DNA of 64,000 bases from Squalus acanthias (taxonomy: Eukaryota): positions 372,001-436,000 of the forward strand of contig JASTWF010000331.1 of assembly GCA_030390025.1 (NCBI GenBank), in the 5' to 3' direction. The notes beneath the pieces were generated by a model, which had not been told where the DNA came from, searched no databases, and worked only from the letters and a program-made list of their open reading frames with translations. The position numbers and the translations under genes are program-made. Every line of letters starts with the position of its first letter. The stretch's first letter is position 1. Below, in pieces: positions 1-12,100 of this stretch.

Positions 1-3000
1 CCAGGTGTGTATGGGGTTTCACAGTGTATCAGGAACCTGCCAGGTGTGTATGGGGTTTCACAGTGTATCAGGATCCTGCCAGGTGTGTATGGGGTTTCAC
101 AGTGTATCAGGATCCTGCCAGGTGTGTATGGGGTTTCACAGTGTATCAGGATCCTGCCAGGTGTGTATGGGGTTTCACAGTGTATCAGATCCTGCCAGGT
201 GTGTGTGGTGTTGCACAGTGTATCAGGATCCTGCCAGGTGTGTATGGGTTTCACAGTGCATCAGGATCCTGTCAGGTGTGTATGGGGTTTCACAGTGTAT
301 CAGGATCCTGCCAGGTGTGTAAGGGGTTTCACAGTGTATCAGGATCCTGCCAGGTGTGTATGGGGTTTCACAGTGTATCAGGATCCTGCCAGGTGTGTAT
401 GGGGTTTCACAGTTCTATCAGGATCCTGCCAGGTGTGTATGGGGTTTCACAGTCTATCAGGATCCTGCCAGGTGTGTATGGGGTTTCACAGTGTATCAGG
501 AACCTGCCAGGTGTGTATGGGGTTACCCAGTGTATCAGGATCCTGCCAGGTGTGTATGGGGTTTCACAGTGTATCAGGAACCTGCCAGGTGTGTTTGGGG
601 TTTCACAGTGTATTCTGATCCTGCCAGGTGTGTATGGGGTTTCACAGTGTATCAGGACCTGCCATGTGTGTATGTGGTTTCACAGTGTATCAGGATCCTG
701 CCAGGTGTGTATGGGGTTTCACAGTGTATCAGATCCTGCCAGGTGTGTATGGGGTTTCACAGTGCAACAGGATCCAACCAGGTGTGTATGGGGTTTCACA
801 GTGAATCAGGTTCTAGCCAGTGGTGTATGGGCTTTCACAGTGCATCAGGATCCTGCTAGGTGTGTATGGGGTTTCACAGTGTATCAGGATCCTGCCAGTT
901 CTGTATGGGGCTTCACAGTGTATCAGGATCCTGCCAGGTGTGTAAGGTGTTAAACAATGTATCAGGATCTAGACAGGTGTGTATGAGGTTTCACAGTGAA
1001 TCAGGTTCTCGCCAGTGGTGTATGGGCTTTCACAGTGTATCAGGATCCTGCAAGGTGTGTATGGAGTTTCACAGTGTATCATGATCCTGCCAGGTGTGTA
1101 TGGAGTTTCAGAATGTATCAGGATCCTGCCAGGTGTGTATGGGTTTTCACAATGTATCAGGATCCTGCCAGGTGAGTTTGGGGTTCCACAGTCTATCAGG
1201 ATCCTGCCAGGTGTGTATGGGTTTTCACAATGTATCAGGATCCTGCCAGGTGTGTATGGGTTTTCACAATGTATCAGGATCCTGCCAGGTGAGTTTGGGG
1301 TTACACAGTGTATCGGGATCCTGCCAGGTGTGTATGGGGTTTCAGAATGTATCATGATCCTGCCAGGTGTGTATGGGTTTTCACAATGTATCAGGATCCT
1401 GCCAGGTGAGTTTGGGGTTCCACAGTCTATCAGGATCCTGCCAGGTGTGTGTGGGGTTACACAGAGTATCCAGATCCTGCCAGGTGTGTATGGGGTTTCA
1501 CAGTGTATCAGGATCCTGCCAGGTGTGTATGGTGTTTCACAGTAGATCAGGATCCTGCCAGGTGTGTATGGGTTTCACAGTGTATCAGGATCCTGCCAGG
1601 TGTGTATGGTGTTTCACAGTGTATCAGGATCCTGCCAGGTGTGTATGTGGTTTCACAGTGTATCAGGATCCTGCCAGGTGTGTATGGGGTTTCACAGTGT
1701 ATCAGGATCCTGCCAGGTGTGTATGGGGTTTCACAGTGCATCAGGATCCTGCCAGGTGTGTATGGGGTTTCACAGTGTATCAGGATCCTGCCAGGTGTGT
1801 ATGGGGTTTCACAGTGTATCAGGATCCTGCCAGGTGTGTATGGGGTTTCACAGTGTATCAGGATCCTGCCAGGTGTGTATGGGGTTTCACAGTGTATCAG
1901 GATCCTGCCAGGTGTGTATGGGTTTTCACAGTCTATCAGGATCCTGCCAGGTATGTATGTGGTTTCACAGTGTATCAGGATCCTGCCAGGTGTGTATGCG
2001 GTTACCCAGTGTATCAGGATCCTGCCAGGTGTGTATGGGGTTTCACAGTGTATCAGGAACCTGCCAGGTGTGTTTGGGGTTTCACAGTGTATCAGGATCC
2101 TGCCAGGTGTGTATGGGGTTTCACAGTGTATCAGGTCCTGCCATGTGTGTATGTGGTTTCACAGTGTATCAGGATCCTGCCAGGTGTGTATGGGGTTTCA
2201 CAGTGTATCAGATCCTGCCAGGTGTGTGTGGGGTTTCACAGTGTATCATGATCCTGCCAGGTGTGTATGGGGTTTCAGAATGTATCAGGATCCTGCCAGG
2301 TGTGTATGGGTTTTCACAATGTATCAGGATCCTGCCAGGTGAGTTTGGGGTTCCACAGTCTATCAGGATCCTGCCAGGTGTGTATGGGTTTTCACAATGT
2401 ATCAGGATCCTGCCAGGTGTGTATGGGTTTTCACAATGTATCAGGATCCTGCCAGGTGAGTTTGGGGTTACACAGTGTATCGGGATCCTGCCAGGTGTGT
2501 ATGGGGTTTCAGAATGTATCAGGATCCTGCCAGGTGTGTATGGGTTTTCACAGTGTATCAGGATCCTGCCAGGTGTGTATGGGGTAACACAGTGTATCTG
2601 GATCCTGCCAGATGTGTATGGGGTTTCACAGTGTATCAGGATCCTGCCAGGTGTATATGGGGTTTCACAGTGTATGGGGTTTCACAGTGTATCAGGTTCC
2701 TGTCAGGTGTGTATGGGGTTTCAGTGTATCAGGATCCCGCCAGGTGTGTATGGGGTTTCACAGTGTATCAGGATCCTGCCAGGTGTGTATGGAGTTTCAC
2801 AGTGTATCATGATCCTGCCAGGTGTGTATGGGGTTTCAGAATGTATCAGGATCCTGCCAGGTGTGTATGGGTTTTCACAATGTATCAGGATCCTGCCAGG
2901 TGAGTTTGGGGTTCCACAGTCTATCAGGATCCTGCCAGTTGTGTATGGGGTTACACAGTGTATCAGGATCCTGCCAGGTTTGTATGGGGTTTCACAGTGT

Positions 3001-3868
3001 ATCAGGATCCTGCCAGGTGTGTATGGGGTTTCACAGTGTATCAGGATCCTGCCAGGTGTGTATGGGGTTTCACAGTGTATCAGGAACCTGCCAGGTGTGT
3101 ATGGGGTTACACAGTGTATCAGGATCCTGCCAGGTGTGTATGGGGTTTCACAGTGTATCAGGAACCTGCCAGGTGTGTTTGGGGTTTCACAGTGTATCAG
3201 GATCCTGCCATGTGTGTATGGGGTTTCACAGAGTATCAGATCCTGCCATGTGTGTATGTGGTTTCACAGTGTATCAGGATCCTGCCAGGTGTGTATGGGG
3301 TTTCACAGTGTATCAGATCCTGCCAGGTGTGTATGTGGTTTCACAGTGTATCAGGATCCTGCCAGGTGTGTATGGGGTTTCACAGTGCAACAGGATCCTG
3401 CCAGGTGTGTATGGGGTTTCCCAGTGAATCAGGTTCCGCCCAGGTGTGTATGGGGTTTCACAGTGTATCAGGATCCTGCCAGGTGTGTATGGGGTTTCAC
3501 AGTGCAACAGGATCCAACCAGGTGTGTATGGGGTTTCACAGTGAATCAGGTTCTAGCCAGTGGTGTATGGGCTTTCACAGTGTATCAGGATCCTGCCAGG
3601 TGTGTATGGGGTTTCACAGTGTATCAGGATCCTGCCAGTTCTGTATGGGGTTTCACAGTGTATCAGGATCCTGCCAGGTGTGTATGGGGTTAAACAATGT
3701 ATCAGGATCTAGACAGGTGTGTATGAGGTTTCACAGTGTATCAGGATCCTGACCGGTGTGTAAGGCTTTTCACAGTGTATCATGTTCCTGCCAGGTGTGT
3801 ATGGGGTTTCACAGTGTATCAGGATCCTGCCAAGTGTGTATGGGGTTTCACTGTGTATCAGGATCCTG
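1..3868. repeat. 39-bp satellite array, left segment (runs off the window's left edge)
   Basis: Tandem unit CAGGATCCTGCCAGGTGTGTATGGGGTTTCACAGTGTAT (39 bp), with many variant monomers recurring in ordered blocks. Confidence 0.98.
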
Positions 3869-3954
3869 ATGCGGAGATGCCGGTGTTGGACTGGGGTGGA
3901 CAAACTTGAGAGGTCGCACAACACCAGGTTATAGTCCAACAGTTTTATTTGAAA

Positions 3955-3992
3955 TCACCAGCTTTCGGAGCTATCGCTCCTTCCTCAGGTGA
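3955..3992 (-). ncRNA. Minimal type I hammerhead ribozyme in the left pLTR (cleavage-site variant)
   Basis: Minus strand reads TCAC-CTGAGGA-A-GGAGC-GATA-GCTCC-GAAA-GCT-G-GTGA. The core and stems I/II are intact, but N17 is G. Confidence 0.75.
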
Positions 3993-4252
3993 AGTAAATT
4001 GGATACAGAATCGCCAGAGCATATATAGATGGAAAACAAAGCATGTGTACTTTACAATTGCAGACCAATAAATTAAATCATCCTGACTATCTGCCGAGGT
4101 GTGATAAAGTTAATTAAGTCAGCCAGGAAGGTACCACATCAAAAGATATAGCAAGATACAACTGAGACAATGAGGTGTAGTCGCAGGGGTTCTAACGTGT
4201 CAAAAGCTGCCGTCTGTATGTAAAACGAAAAGCTTTAAAAAAAAAAATTTTA

Positions 4253-5722
4253 ATCGTACAGGGAACCCCCAGCTTCTGTCGCGACACTACAGACTTCTTA
4301 CAGAAACTCAGCACCCACGGACCAGTTGAACCAGGAACACTCCTTGCCACGATGGACGTATCGGCACTCTACACCAGTATCCCCCACGATGACGGCATCG
4401 CTGCAACAGCCTCAGTACTCAACATCAACAACAGCCAATCTCCAGACGCCATCCTACAACTCATCCGCTTCATCCTTGACCACAATGTCTTCACCTTCGA
4501 CAACCATTTTTTTACCCAAACACACGGAACAGCCATGGGGACCAAATTCGCACCCCAATACGCCAACATCTTCATGCACAAGTTCGAGCAAGACTTCTTC
4601 GCTGCACAGGACCTCCAGCCAACGCTGTACACCAGATACATCGACGACATTTTCTTCCTTTGGACCCATGGCGAAGGATCACTGAAAAGACTACACGATA
4701 ACATAAACAAGTTCCATCCCACCATCAAACTCACCATGGACTACTCCTCAGAATCGGTTTCATTCTTGGACACACGAATCTCCATCAAAGACGGACGCCT
4801 CAGCACTTCACTCTACCGCAAGCCCACGGACAACCTCACGATGCTCCACTTCTCCAGCTTCCACCCTAACCATGTTAAAGAAGCCATCCCCTATGGACAA
4901 GCCCTGCGAATACACAGGATCTGCTCAGACGAGGAGGAACGCGATGGACACCTACGGACGCTGAAAAACGCCTTCGTAAGAACGGGATATGACGCTCGAC
5001 TCATCGATCGACAGTTCCGACGGGCCACAGCGAAAAATCGCATAGACCTCCTCAGAAGGCGAACACGGGACACAACCAACAGGGTACCCTACGTCGTCCA
5101 GTACTTCCCCGGAGCGGAGAAACTACGACATGTTCTTCGCAGCCTTCAACATGTCATCGATGACGACAAACACCTCGCTAAGGCCATCCCCACGCCTCCA
5201 CTACTTGCCTTCAAACAGCCGCCTAACCTCAGAAGTACCATAGTTCGCAGCAAATTACCCAGCTTTCAGGATAACAGCGACCACGACACCACACAACCCT
5301 GCCATGGCAAACTCTGCAAGACATGCCAGATCATCAACACAGATACCACCATCACACGTGAGGACACTACCCACCAGGTACATGGTACATACTCATGTGA
5401 CTCGTAAAACGTTGTCTACCTCATACGTTGCAGGAAAGAATGCACCGCGGCATGGTACATCGGCGAGACCATGCCGACACTGAGACAACGTATGAACGAG
5501 CACCGCGCAACAATCGCCAGGCAGGATTGTTACCTCCCAGTCGGGGAACACTTCAGCAGTCAAGGACATTCAGCCTCGGATCTGCGGGTAAGCGTTCTCC
5601 AAGGCAACCTTAGAAACACACGACAACGCAAAATCATCGAGCAGAAACTGATAGCCAAGTTCCGCACTCATGAAGACGGTCTCAATCGGGATCTTGGGTT
5701 TATGTCACGATACATGACGTGA
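4253..5722 (+). pseudogene. Penelope RT/GIY-YIG endonuclease ORF, 5'-truncated, one in-frame stop
   Basis: Motifs MDVSALYTSIP, GTAMG, RYIDDIF, FLD and YRKPT, then CKTC...SCDS*NVVYLIRC...WYIGET...RMNEH...GLN. TAA at 5405-5407 splits ORFs 4352-5407 and 5471-5722, which share a frame. Confidence 0.92.
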
Positions 5723-6055
5723 TCCGGACTCGAGTCGTCGTTAGCTTGTTCACAGATGTGATTCCCAGTAAAAAAGTAAAAATTTTCCCAGTAAAAAAGT
5801 AATTTTTTTTTAAAGCTTTTCGTTTTACATACAGACGGCAGCTTTTGACACGTTAGACCCCCTGCGACTACACCTCATTGTCTCAGTTGTATATTGCTAT
5901 ATCTTTTGATGTGGTACCTTCCTGGCTGACTTAATTAACTTTATCACACCTCGGCAGATAGTCAGGATGATTTAATTTATTGGTCTGCAATTGTAAAGTA
6001 CACATGCTTTGTTTTCCATCTATATATGCTCTGGCGATTCTGTATCCAATTTACT

Positions 6056-6093
6056 TCACCTGAGGAAGGAGCGATAGCTCCGAAAGCTTGTGA
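6056..6093 (+). ncRNA. Minimal type I hammerhead ribozyme in the right pLTR
   Basis: TCAC-CTGAGGA-A-GGAGC-GATA-GCTCC-GAAA-GCT-T-GTGA. It has the CUGANGA/GAAA core, stem II GGAGC/GCTCC, stem I TCAC/GTGA and a palindromic stem III (AAGCTT), as known for Penelope pLTR hammerheads. Confidence 0.85.
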
Positions 6094-6146
6094 TTTCAAA
6101 TAAAACTGTTGGACTATAACCTGGTGTTGTGCGACCTCTCAAGTTT

Positions 6147-9100
6147 ATCAGGATCCTGCCAGGTGTGTGTGGGGTTACACAGAGTATCAAGATCCTGCCA
6201 GGTGTGTATGGGGTTTCACAGTGTATCAGGAACCTGCCAGGTGGGTTTGGGGTTACACAGAGTATTAAGATCCTGCCAGGTTTATATGGTGTTTCACAGT
6301 AGATCAGGAACCTGCCAGGTGTGTATGACTTTTCATAATGTATCAGGATCCTGCCAGGTTAGTTTGGGGTGACACAGTGTATCAGGATCCTGCCAGGTGT
6401 GTATGTGGTTTCACAGTGTATCAGGATCCTGCCAGGTGTGTATGGGGGTTTAATAGTGTATCAGGATACTGCCAGTTGTGTATGGGTTTTCACAATGTAT
6501 CAGGATCCTGCCAGGTGTGTATGGGGTTTCACAGTCTATCAGGATCCTGCCAGGTGTGTATGGTGTTTCACAGTGTATCAGGATCCTGCCAGGTGTGTAT
6601 GGGGTTTCACAGTGTATCAGGATCCTGCCAGGTATGTATGGGTTTACACATTGTATCAGAAACCTGCCAGGTGTGTATTGGGTTTCACAGTCTATCAGGA
6701 TCCTGCCAGGTGTGTATGTGGTTTCACATTCTATCAGGATCCTGCCAGGTATGTATGGGGTTTCACAGTGTATCAGGATCCTGCCAGGTGTGTATGGGGT
6801 TTCACAGTGCAACAGGATCCTGGCAGGTGTGTATGGGGTTTCACAGTGAATCAGGAACCTGCCAGGTGTGTATGGGGTTTCACAGTGTATCAGGATCCTG
6901 CCAGGTGTGTATGGGGTTTCACAGTGTATGGGGTTTCACAGTGTATCAGGATCCTGCCAGGTGTGTATGGGGTTTCACAGTGTATCAGGATCCTGCCAGG
7001 TGTGTATGGGGTAACACAGTGTATCTGGATCCTGCCAGATGTGTATGGGGTTTCACAATGTATCAGGATCCTGACAGGTGTGGATGGGGTTTCTCAGTGT
7101 ATCAGGATCCTGTCAGGTGTGTATGGGGTTTCAGTGTATCAGGATCCTGCCAGGTGTGTATGGGGTTTCACAGTGTATCAGGATCCTGCCAGGTGTGTAT
7201 GGGGTTTCAGAATGTATCAGGATCCTGCCAGGTGTGTATGGGTTTTCACAATGTATCAGGATCCTGCCAGGTGAGTTTGGGGTTCACAGTCTATCAGGAT
7301 CCTGCCAGGTGTGTATGGGTTTTCACAATGTATCAGGATCCTGCCAGGTGTGTATGGGTTTTCACAATGTATCAGGATCCTGCCAGGTGAGTTTGGGGTT
7401 ACACAGTGTATCGGGATCCTGCCAGGTGTGTATGGGGTTTCAGAATGTATCAGGATCCTGCCAGGTGTGTATGGGTTTTCACAATGTATCAGGATCCTGC
7501 CAGGTGAGTTTGGGGTTCCACAGTCTATCAGGATCCTGCCAGGTGTGTGTGGGGTTACACAGAGTATCCAGATCCTGCCAGGTGTGTATGGGGTTTCACA
7601 GTGTATCAGGAACCTGCCTGGTGGGTTTGGGGTTAAACAGAGTATCAAGATCCTGCCAGGTGTGTATGGGGTTTCACAGTGTATCAGGATGCTGCCAGGT
7701 GTGTATGGTGTTTCACAGTAGATCAGGAACCTGCCAGGTGTGTATGGGTTTTCATAATGTTTCAGGATCCTGCCAGGTGAGTTTGGTGTTACACAGTGTA
7801 TCAGGATCCTGCCAGGTGTGTATGTGGTTTCACAGTGTATCAGGATCCTGCCAGGTGTGTATGGGGGTTTCACAGTGTATCAGGATCCTGCCAGGTGTGT
7901 ATGGGGTTTCACAGTGCATCAGGATCCTGCCAGGTGTGTGTGGTGTTGCACAGTGTATCAGGATCCAGCTAGCTGTGTATGGGTTTTCACAGTGTATCAG
8001 GATCCTGCCAGGTGTGTATGGGGTTTCACAGTGTATCAGGATCCTGCCAGGTGTGTATGGGGTTTCACAGTGTATCAGGATCCTGCCAGGTGTGTATGGG
8101 GTTTCACAGTGTATCAGGATCCTGCCAGGTGTGTATGGGGTTTCACAGTGTATCAGGATCCTGCCAGGTGTGTATGGGGTTTCACAGTGTATCAGGATCC
8201 TGCCAGGTGTGTATGGGGTTTCACAGTGTATCAGGATCCTGCCAGGTGTGTATGGGGTTTCACAGTGTATCAGGATCCTGCCAGGTGTGTATGGGGTTTC
8301 ACAGTGTATCAGGATCCTGCCAGGTGTGTATGGGGTTTCACAGTGTATCAGGATCCTGCCAGGTGTGTATGGGGTTTCACAGTGTATCAGGATCCTGCCA
8401 GGTGTGTATGTGGTTTCACAGTGTATCAGGATCCTGCCAGGTGTGTATGGGGTTTCACAGTGTATCAGGATCCTGCCAGGTGTGTATGGGGTTTCACAGT
8501 GTATCAGGATCCTGCCAGGTGTGTATGGGGTTTCACAGTGTATCAGGATCCTGCCAGGTGTGTATGGGTTTCACAGTGTATCAGGATCCTGCCAGGTGTG
8601 TATGGGGTTTCACAGTGTATCAGGATCCTGCCAGGTGTGTATGGGGTTTCACAGTGTATCAGGATCCTGCCAGGTGTGTATGGGGTTTCACAGTGTATCA
8701 GGATCCTGCCAGGTGTGTATGGGGTTTCACAGTGTATCAGGATCCTGCCAGGTGTGTATGGGTTTCACAGTGTATCAGGATCCTGCCAGGTGTGTATGGG
8801 GTTTCACAGTGTATCAGGATCCTGCCAGGTGTGTATGGGGTTTCAGTGTATCAGGATCCTGCCAGGTGTGTATGGGGTTTCACAGTGTATCAGGATCCTG
8901 CCAGGTGTGTATGGGGTTTCACAGTGTATCAGGATCCTGCCAGGTGTGTATGGGGTTTCACAGTGTATCAGGATCCTGCCAGGTGTGTATGGGGTTTCAC
9001 AGTGTATCAGGATCCTGCCAGGTGTGTATGGGGTTTCACAGTGTATCAGGATCCTGCCAGGTGTGTATGGGGTTTCACAGTGTATCAGGATCCTGCCAGG

Positions 9101-12100
9101 TGTGTATGGGGTTTCACAGTGTATCAGGATCCTGCCAGGTGTGTATGGTGTTTCACAGTGTATCAGGATCCTGCCAGGTGTGTATGGGGTTTCACAGTGT
9201 ATCAGGATCCTGCCAGGTGTGTATGGGGTTTCACAGTGTATCAGGATCCTGCCAGGTGTGTATGGGGTTTCACAGTGTATCAGGATCCTGCCAGGTGTGT
9301 ATGGGGTTTCACAGTGTATCAGGATCCTGCCAGGTGTGTATGGGGTTTCACAGTGTATCAGGATCCTGCCAGGTGTGTATGGGGTTTCACAGTGTATCAG
9401 GATCCTGCCAGGTGTGTATGGGGTTTCACAGTGTATCAGGATCCTGCCAGGTGTGTATGGGGTTTCACAGTGTATCAGGATCCTGCCAGGTGTGTATGGG
9501 GTTTCACAGTGTATCAGGATCCTGCCAGGTGTGTATGGGTTTCACAGTGTATCAGGATCCTGCCAGGTGTGTATGGGGTTTCACAGTGTATCAGGATCCT
9601 GCCAGGTGTGTATGGGTTTCACAGTGTATCAGGATCCTGCCAGGTGTGTATGGGGTTTCACAGTGTATCAGGATCCTGCCAGGTGTGTATGGGGTTTCAC
9701 AGTGTATCAGGATCCTGCCAGGTGTGTATGGGGTTTCACAGTGTATCAGGATCCTGCCAGGTGTGTATGGGGTTTCACAGTGTATCAGGATCCTGCCAGG
9801 TGTGTATGGGGTTTCACAGTGTATCAGGATCCTGCCAGGTGTGTATGGGGTTTCACAGTGTATCAGGATCCTGCCAGGTGTGTATGGGGTTTCACAGTGT
9901 ATCAGGATCCTGCCAGGTGTGTATGGGGTTTCACAGTGTATCAGGATCCTGCCAGGTGTGTATGGGGTTCACAGTGTATCAGGATCCTGCCAGGTGTGTA
10001 TGGGTTTCACAGTGTATCAGGATCCTGCCAGGTGTGTATGGGGTTTCACAGTGTATCAGGATCCTGCCAGGTGTGTATGGGGTTTCACAGTGTATCAGGA
10101 TCCTGCCAGGTGTGTATGGGGTTTCACAGTGTATCAGGATCCTGCCAGGTGTGTATGGGGTTTCACAGTGTATCAGGATCCTGCCAGGTGTGTATGGGGT
10201 TTCACAGTGTATCAGGATCCTGCCAGGTGTGTATGGGGTTTCACAGTGTATCAGGATCCTGCCAGGTGTGTATGGGGTTTCACAGTGTATCAGGATCCTG
10301 CCAGGTGTGTATGGGGTTTCACAGTGTATCAGGATCCTGCCAGGTGTGTATGGGGTTTCACAGTGTATCAGGATCCTGCCAGGTGTGTATGGGGTTTCAC
10401 AGTGTATCAGGATCCTGCCAGGTGTGTATGGGGTTTCACAGTGTATCAGGATCCTGCCAGGTGTGTATGGGGTTTCACAGTGTATCAGGATCCTGCCAGG
10501 TGTGTATGGGGTTTCACAGTGTATCAGGATCCTGCCAGGTGTGTATGGGGTTTCACAGTGTATCAGGATCCTGCCAGGTGTGTATGGGGTTTCACAGTGT
10601 ATCAGGATCCTGCCAGGTGTGTATGGGGTTTCACAGTGTATCAGGATCCTGCCAGGTGTGTATGGGGTTTCACAGTGTATCAGGATCCTGCCAGGTGTGT
10701 ATGGGGTTTCACAGTGTATCAGGATCCTGCCAGGTGTGTATGGGGTTTCACAGTGTATCAGGATCCTGCCAGGTGTGTATGGGGTTTCACAGTGTATCAG
10801 GATCCTGCCAGGTGTGTATGGGGTTTCACAGTGTATCAGGATCCTGCCAGGTGTGTATGGGGTTTCACAGTGTATCAGGATCCTGCCAGGTGTGTATGGG
10901 GTTTCACAGTGTATCAGGATCCTGCCAGGTGTGTATGGGGTTTCACAGTGTATCAGGATCCTGCCAGGTGTGTATGGGGTTTCACAGTGTATCAGGATCC
11001 TGCCAGGTGTGTATGGGGTTTCACAGTGTATCAGGATCCTGCCAGGTGTGTATGGGGTTTCACAGTGTATCAGGATCCTGCCAGGTGTGTATGGGGTTTC
11101 ACAGTGTATCAGGATCCTGCCAGGTGTGTATGGGGTTTCACAGTGTATCAGGATCCTGCCAGGTGTGTATGGGGTTTCACAGTGTATCAGGATCCTGCCA
11201 GGTGTGTATGGGGTTTCACAGTGTATCAGGATCCTGCCAGGTGTGTATGGGGTTTCACAGTGTATCAGGATCCTGCCAGGTGTGTATGGGGTTTCACAGT
11301 GTATCAGGATCCTGCCAGGTGTGTATGGGGTTTCACAGTGTATCAGGATCCTGCCAGGTGTGTATGGGGTTTCACAGTGTATCAGGATCCTGCCAGGTGT
11401 GTATGGGGTTTCACAGTGTATCAGGATCCTGCCAGGTGTGTATGGGGTTTCACAGTGTATCAGGATCCTGCCAGGTGTGTATGGGGTTTCACAGTGTATC
11501 AGGATCCTGCCAGGTGTGTATGGGGTTTCACAGTGTATCAGGATCCTGCCAGGTGTGTATGGGGTTTCACAGTGTATCAGGATCCTGCCAGGTGTGTATG
11601 GGGTTTCAGTGTATCAGGATCCTGCCAGGTGTGTATGGGGTTTCACAGTGTATCAGGATCCTGCCAGGTGTGTATGGGGTTTCACAGTGTATCAGGATCC
11701 TGCCAGGTGTGTATGGGGTTTCACAGTGTATCAGGATCCTGCCAGGTGTGTATGGGGTTTCACAGTGTATCAGGATCCTGCCAGGTGTGTATGGGGTTTC
11801 ACAGTGTATCAGGATCCTGCCAGGTGTGTATGGGGTTTCACAGTGTATCAGGATCCTGCCAGGTGTGTATGGGGTTTCACAGTGTATCAGGATCCTGCCA
11901 GGTGTGTATGGGGTTTCACAGTGTATCAGGATCCTGCCAGGTGTGTATGGGGTTTCACAGTGTATCAGGATCCTGCCAGGTGTGTATGGGGTTTCACAGT
12001 GTATCAGGATCCTGCCAGGTGTGTATGGGGTTTCACAGTGTATCAGGATCCTGCCAGGTGTGTATGGGGTTTCACAGTGTATCAGGATCCTGCCAGGTGT

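Larger units (their letters stand above)
3869..6146 (+). mobile_element. Penelope-like retroelement, 5'-truncated, with inverted pLTRs
   Basis: RT plus GIY-YIG reading frame. ~3902-4250 is the reverse complement of ~5801-6146. An extra ~33-bp tail (3869-3901) occurs on the left arm only. Flanked by duplicated (T)ATCAGGATCCTG at 3856-3868 and 6146-6158. Confidence 0.93.
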
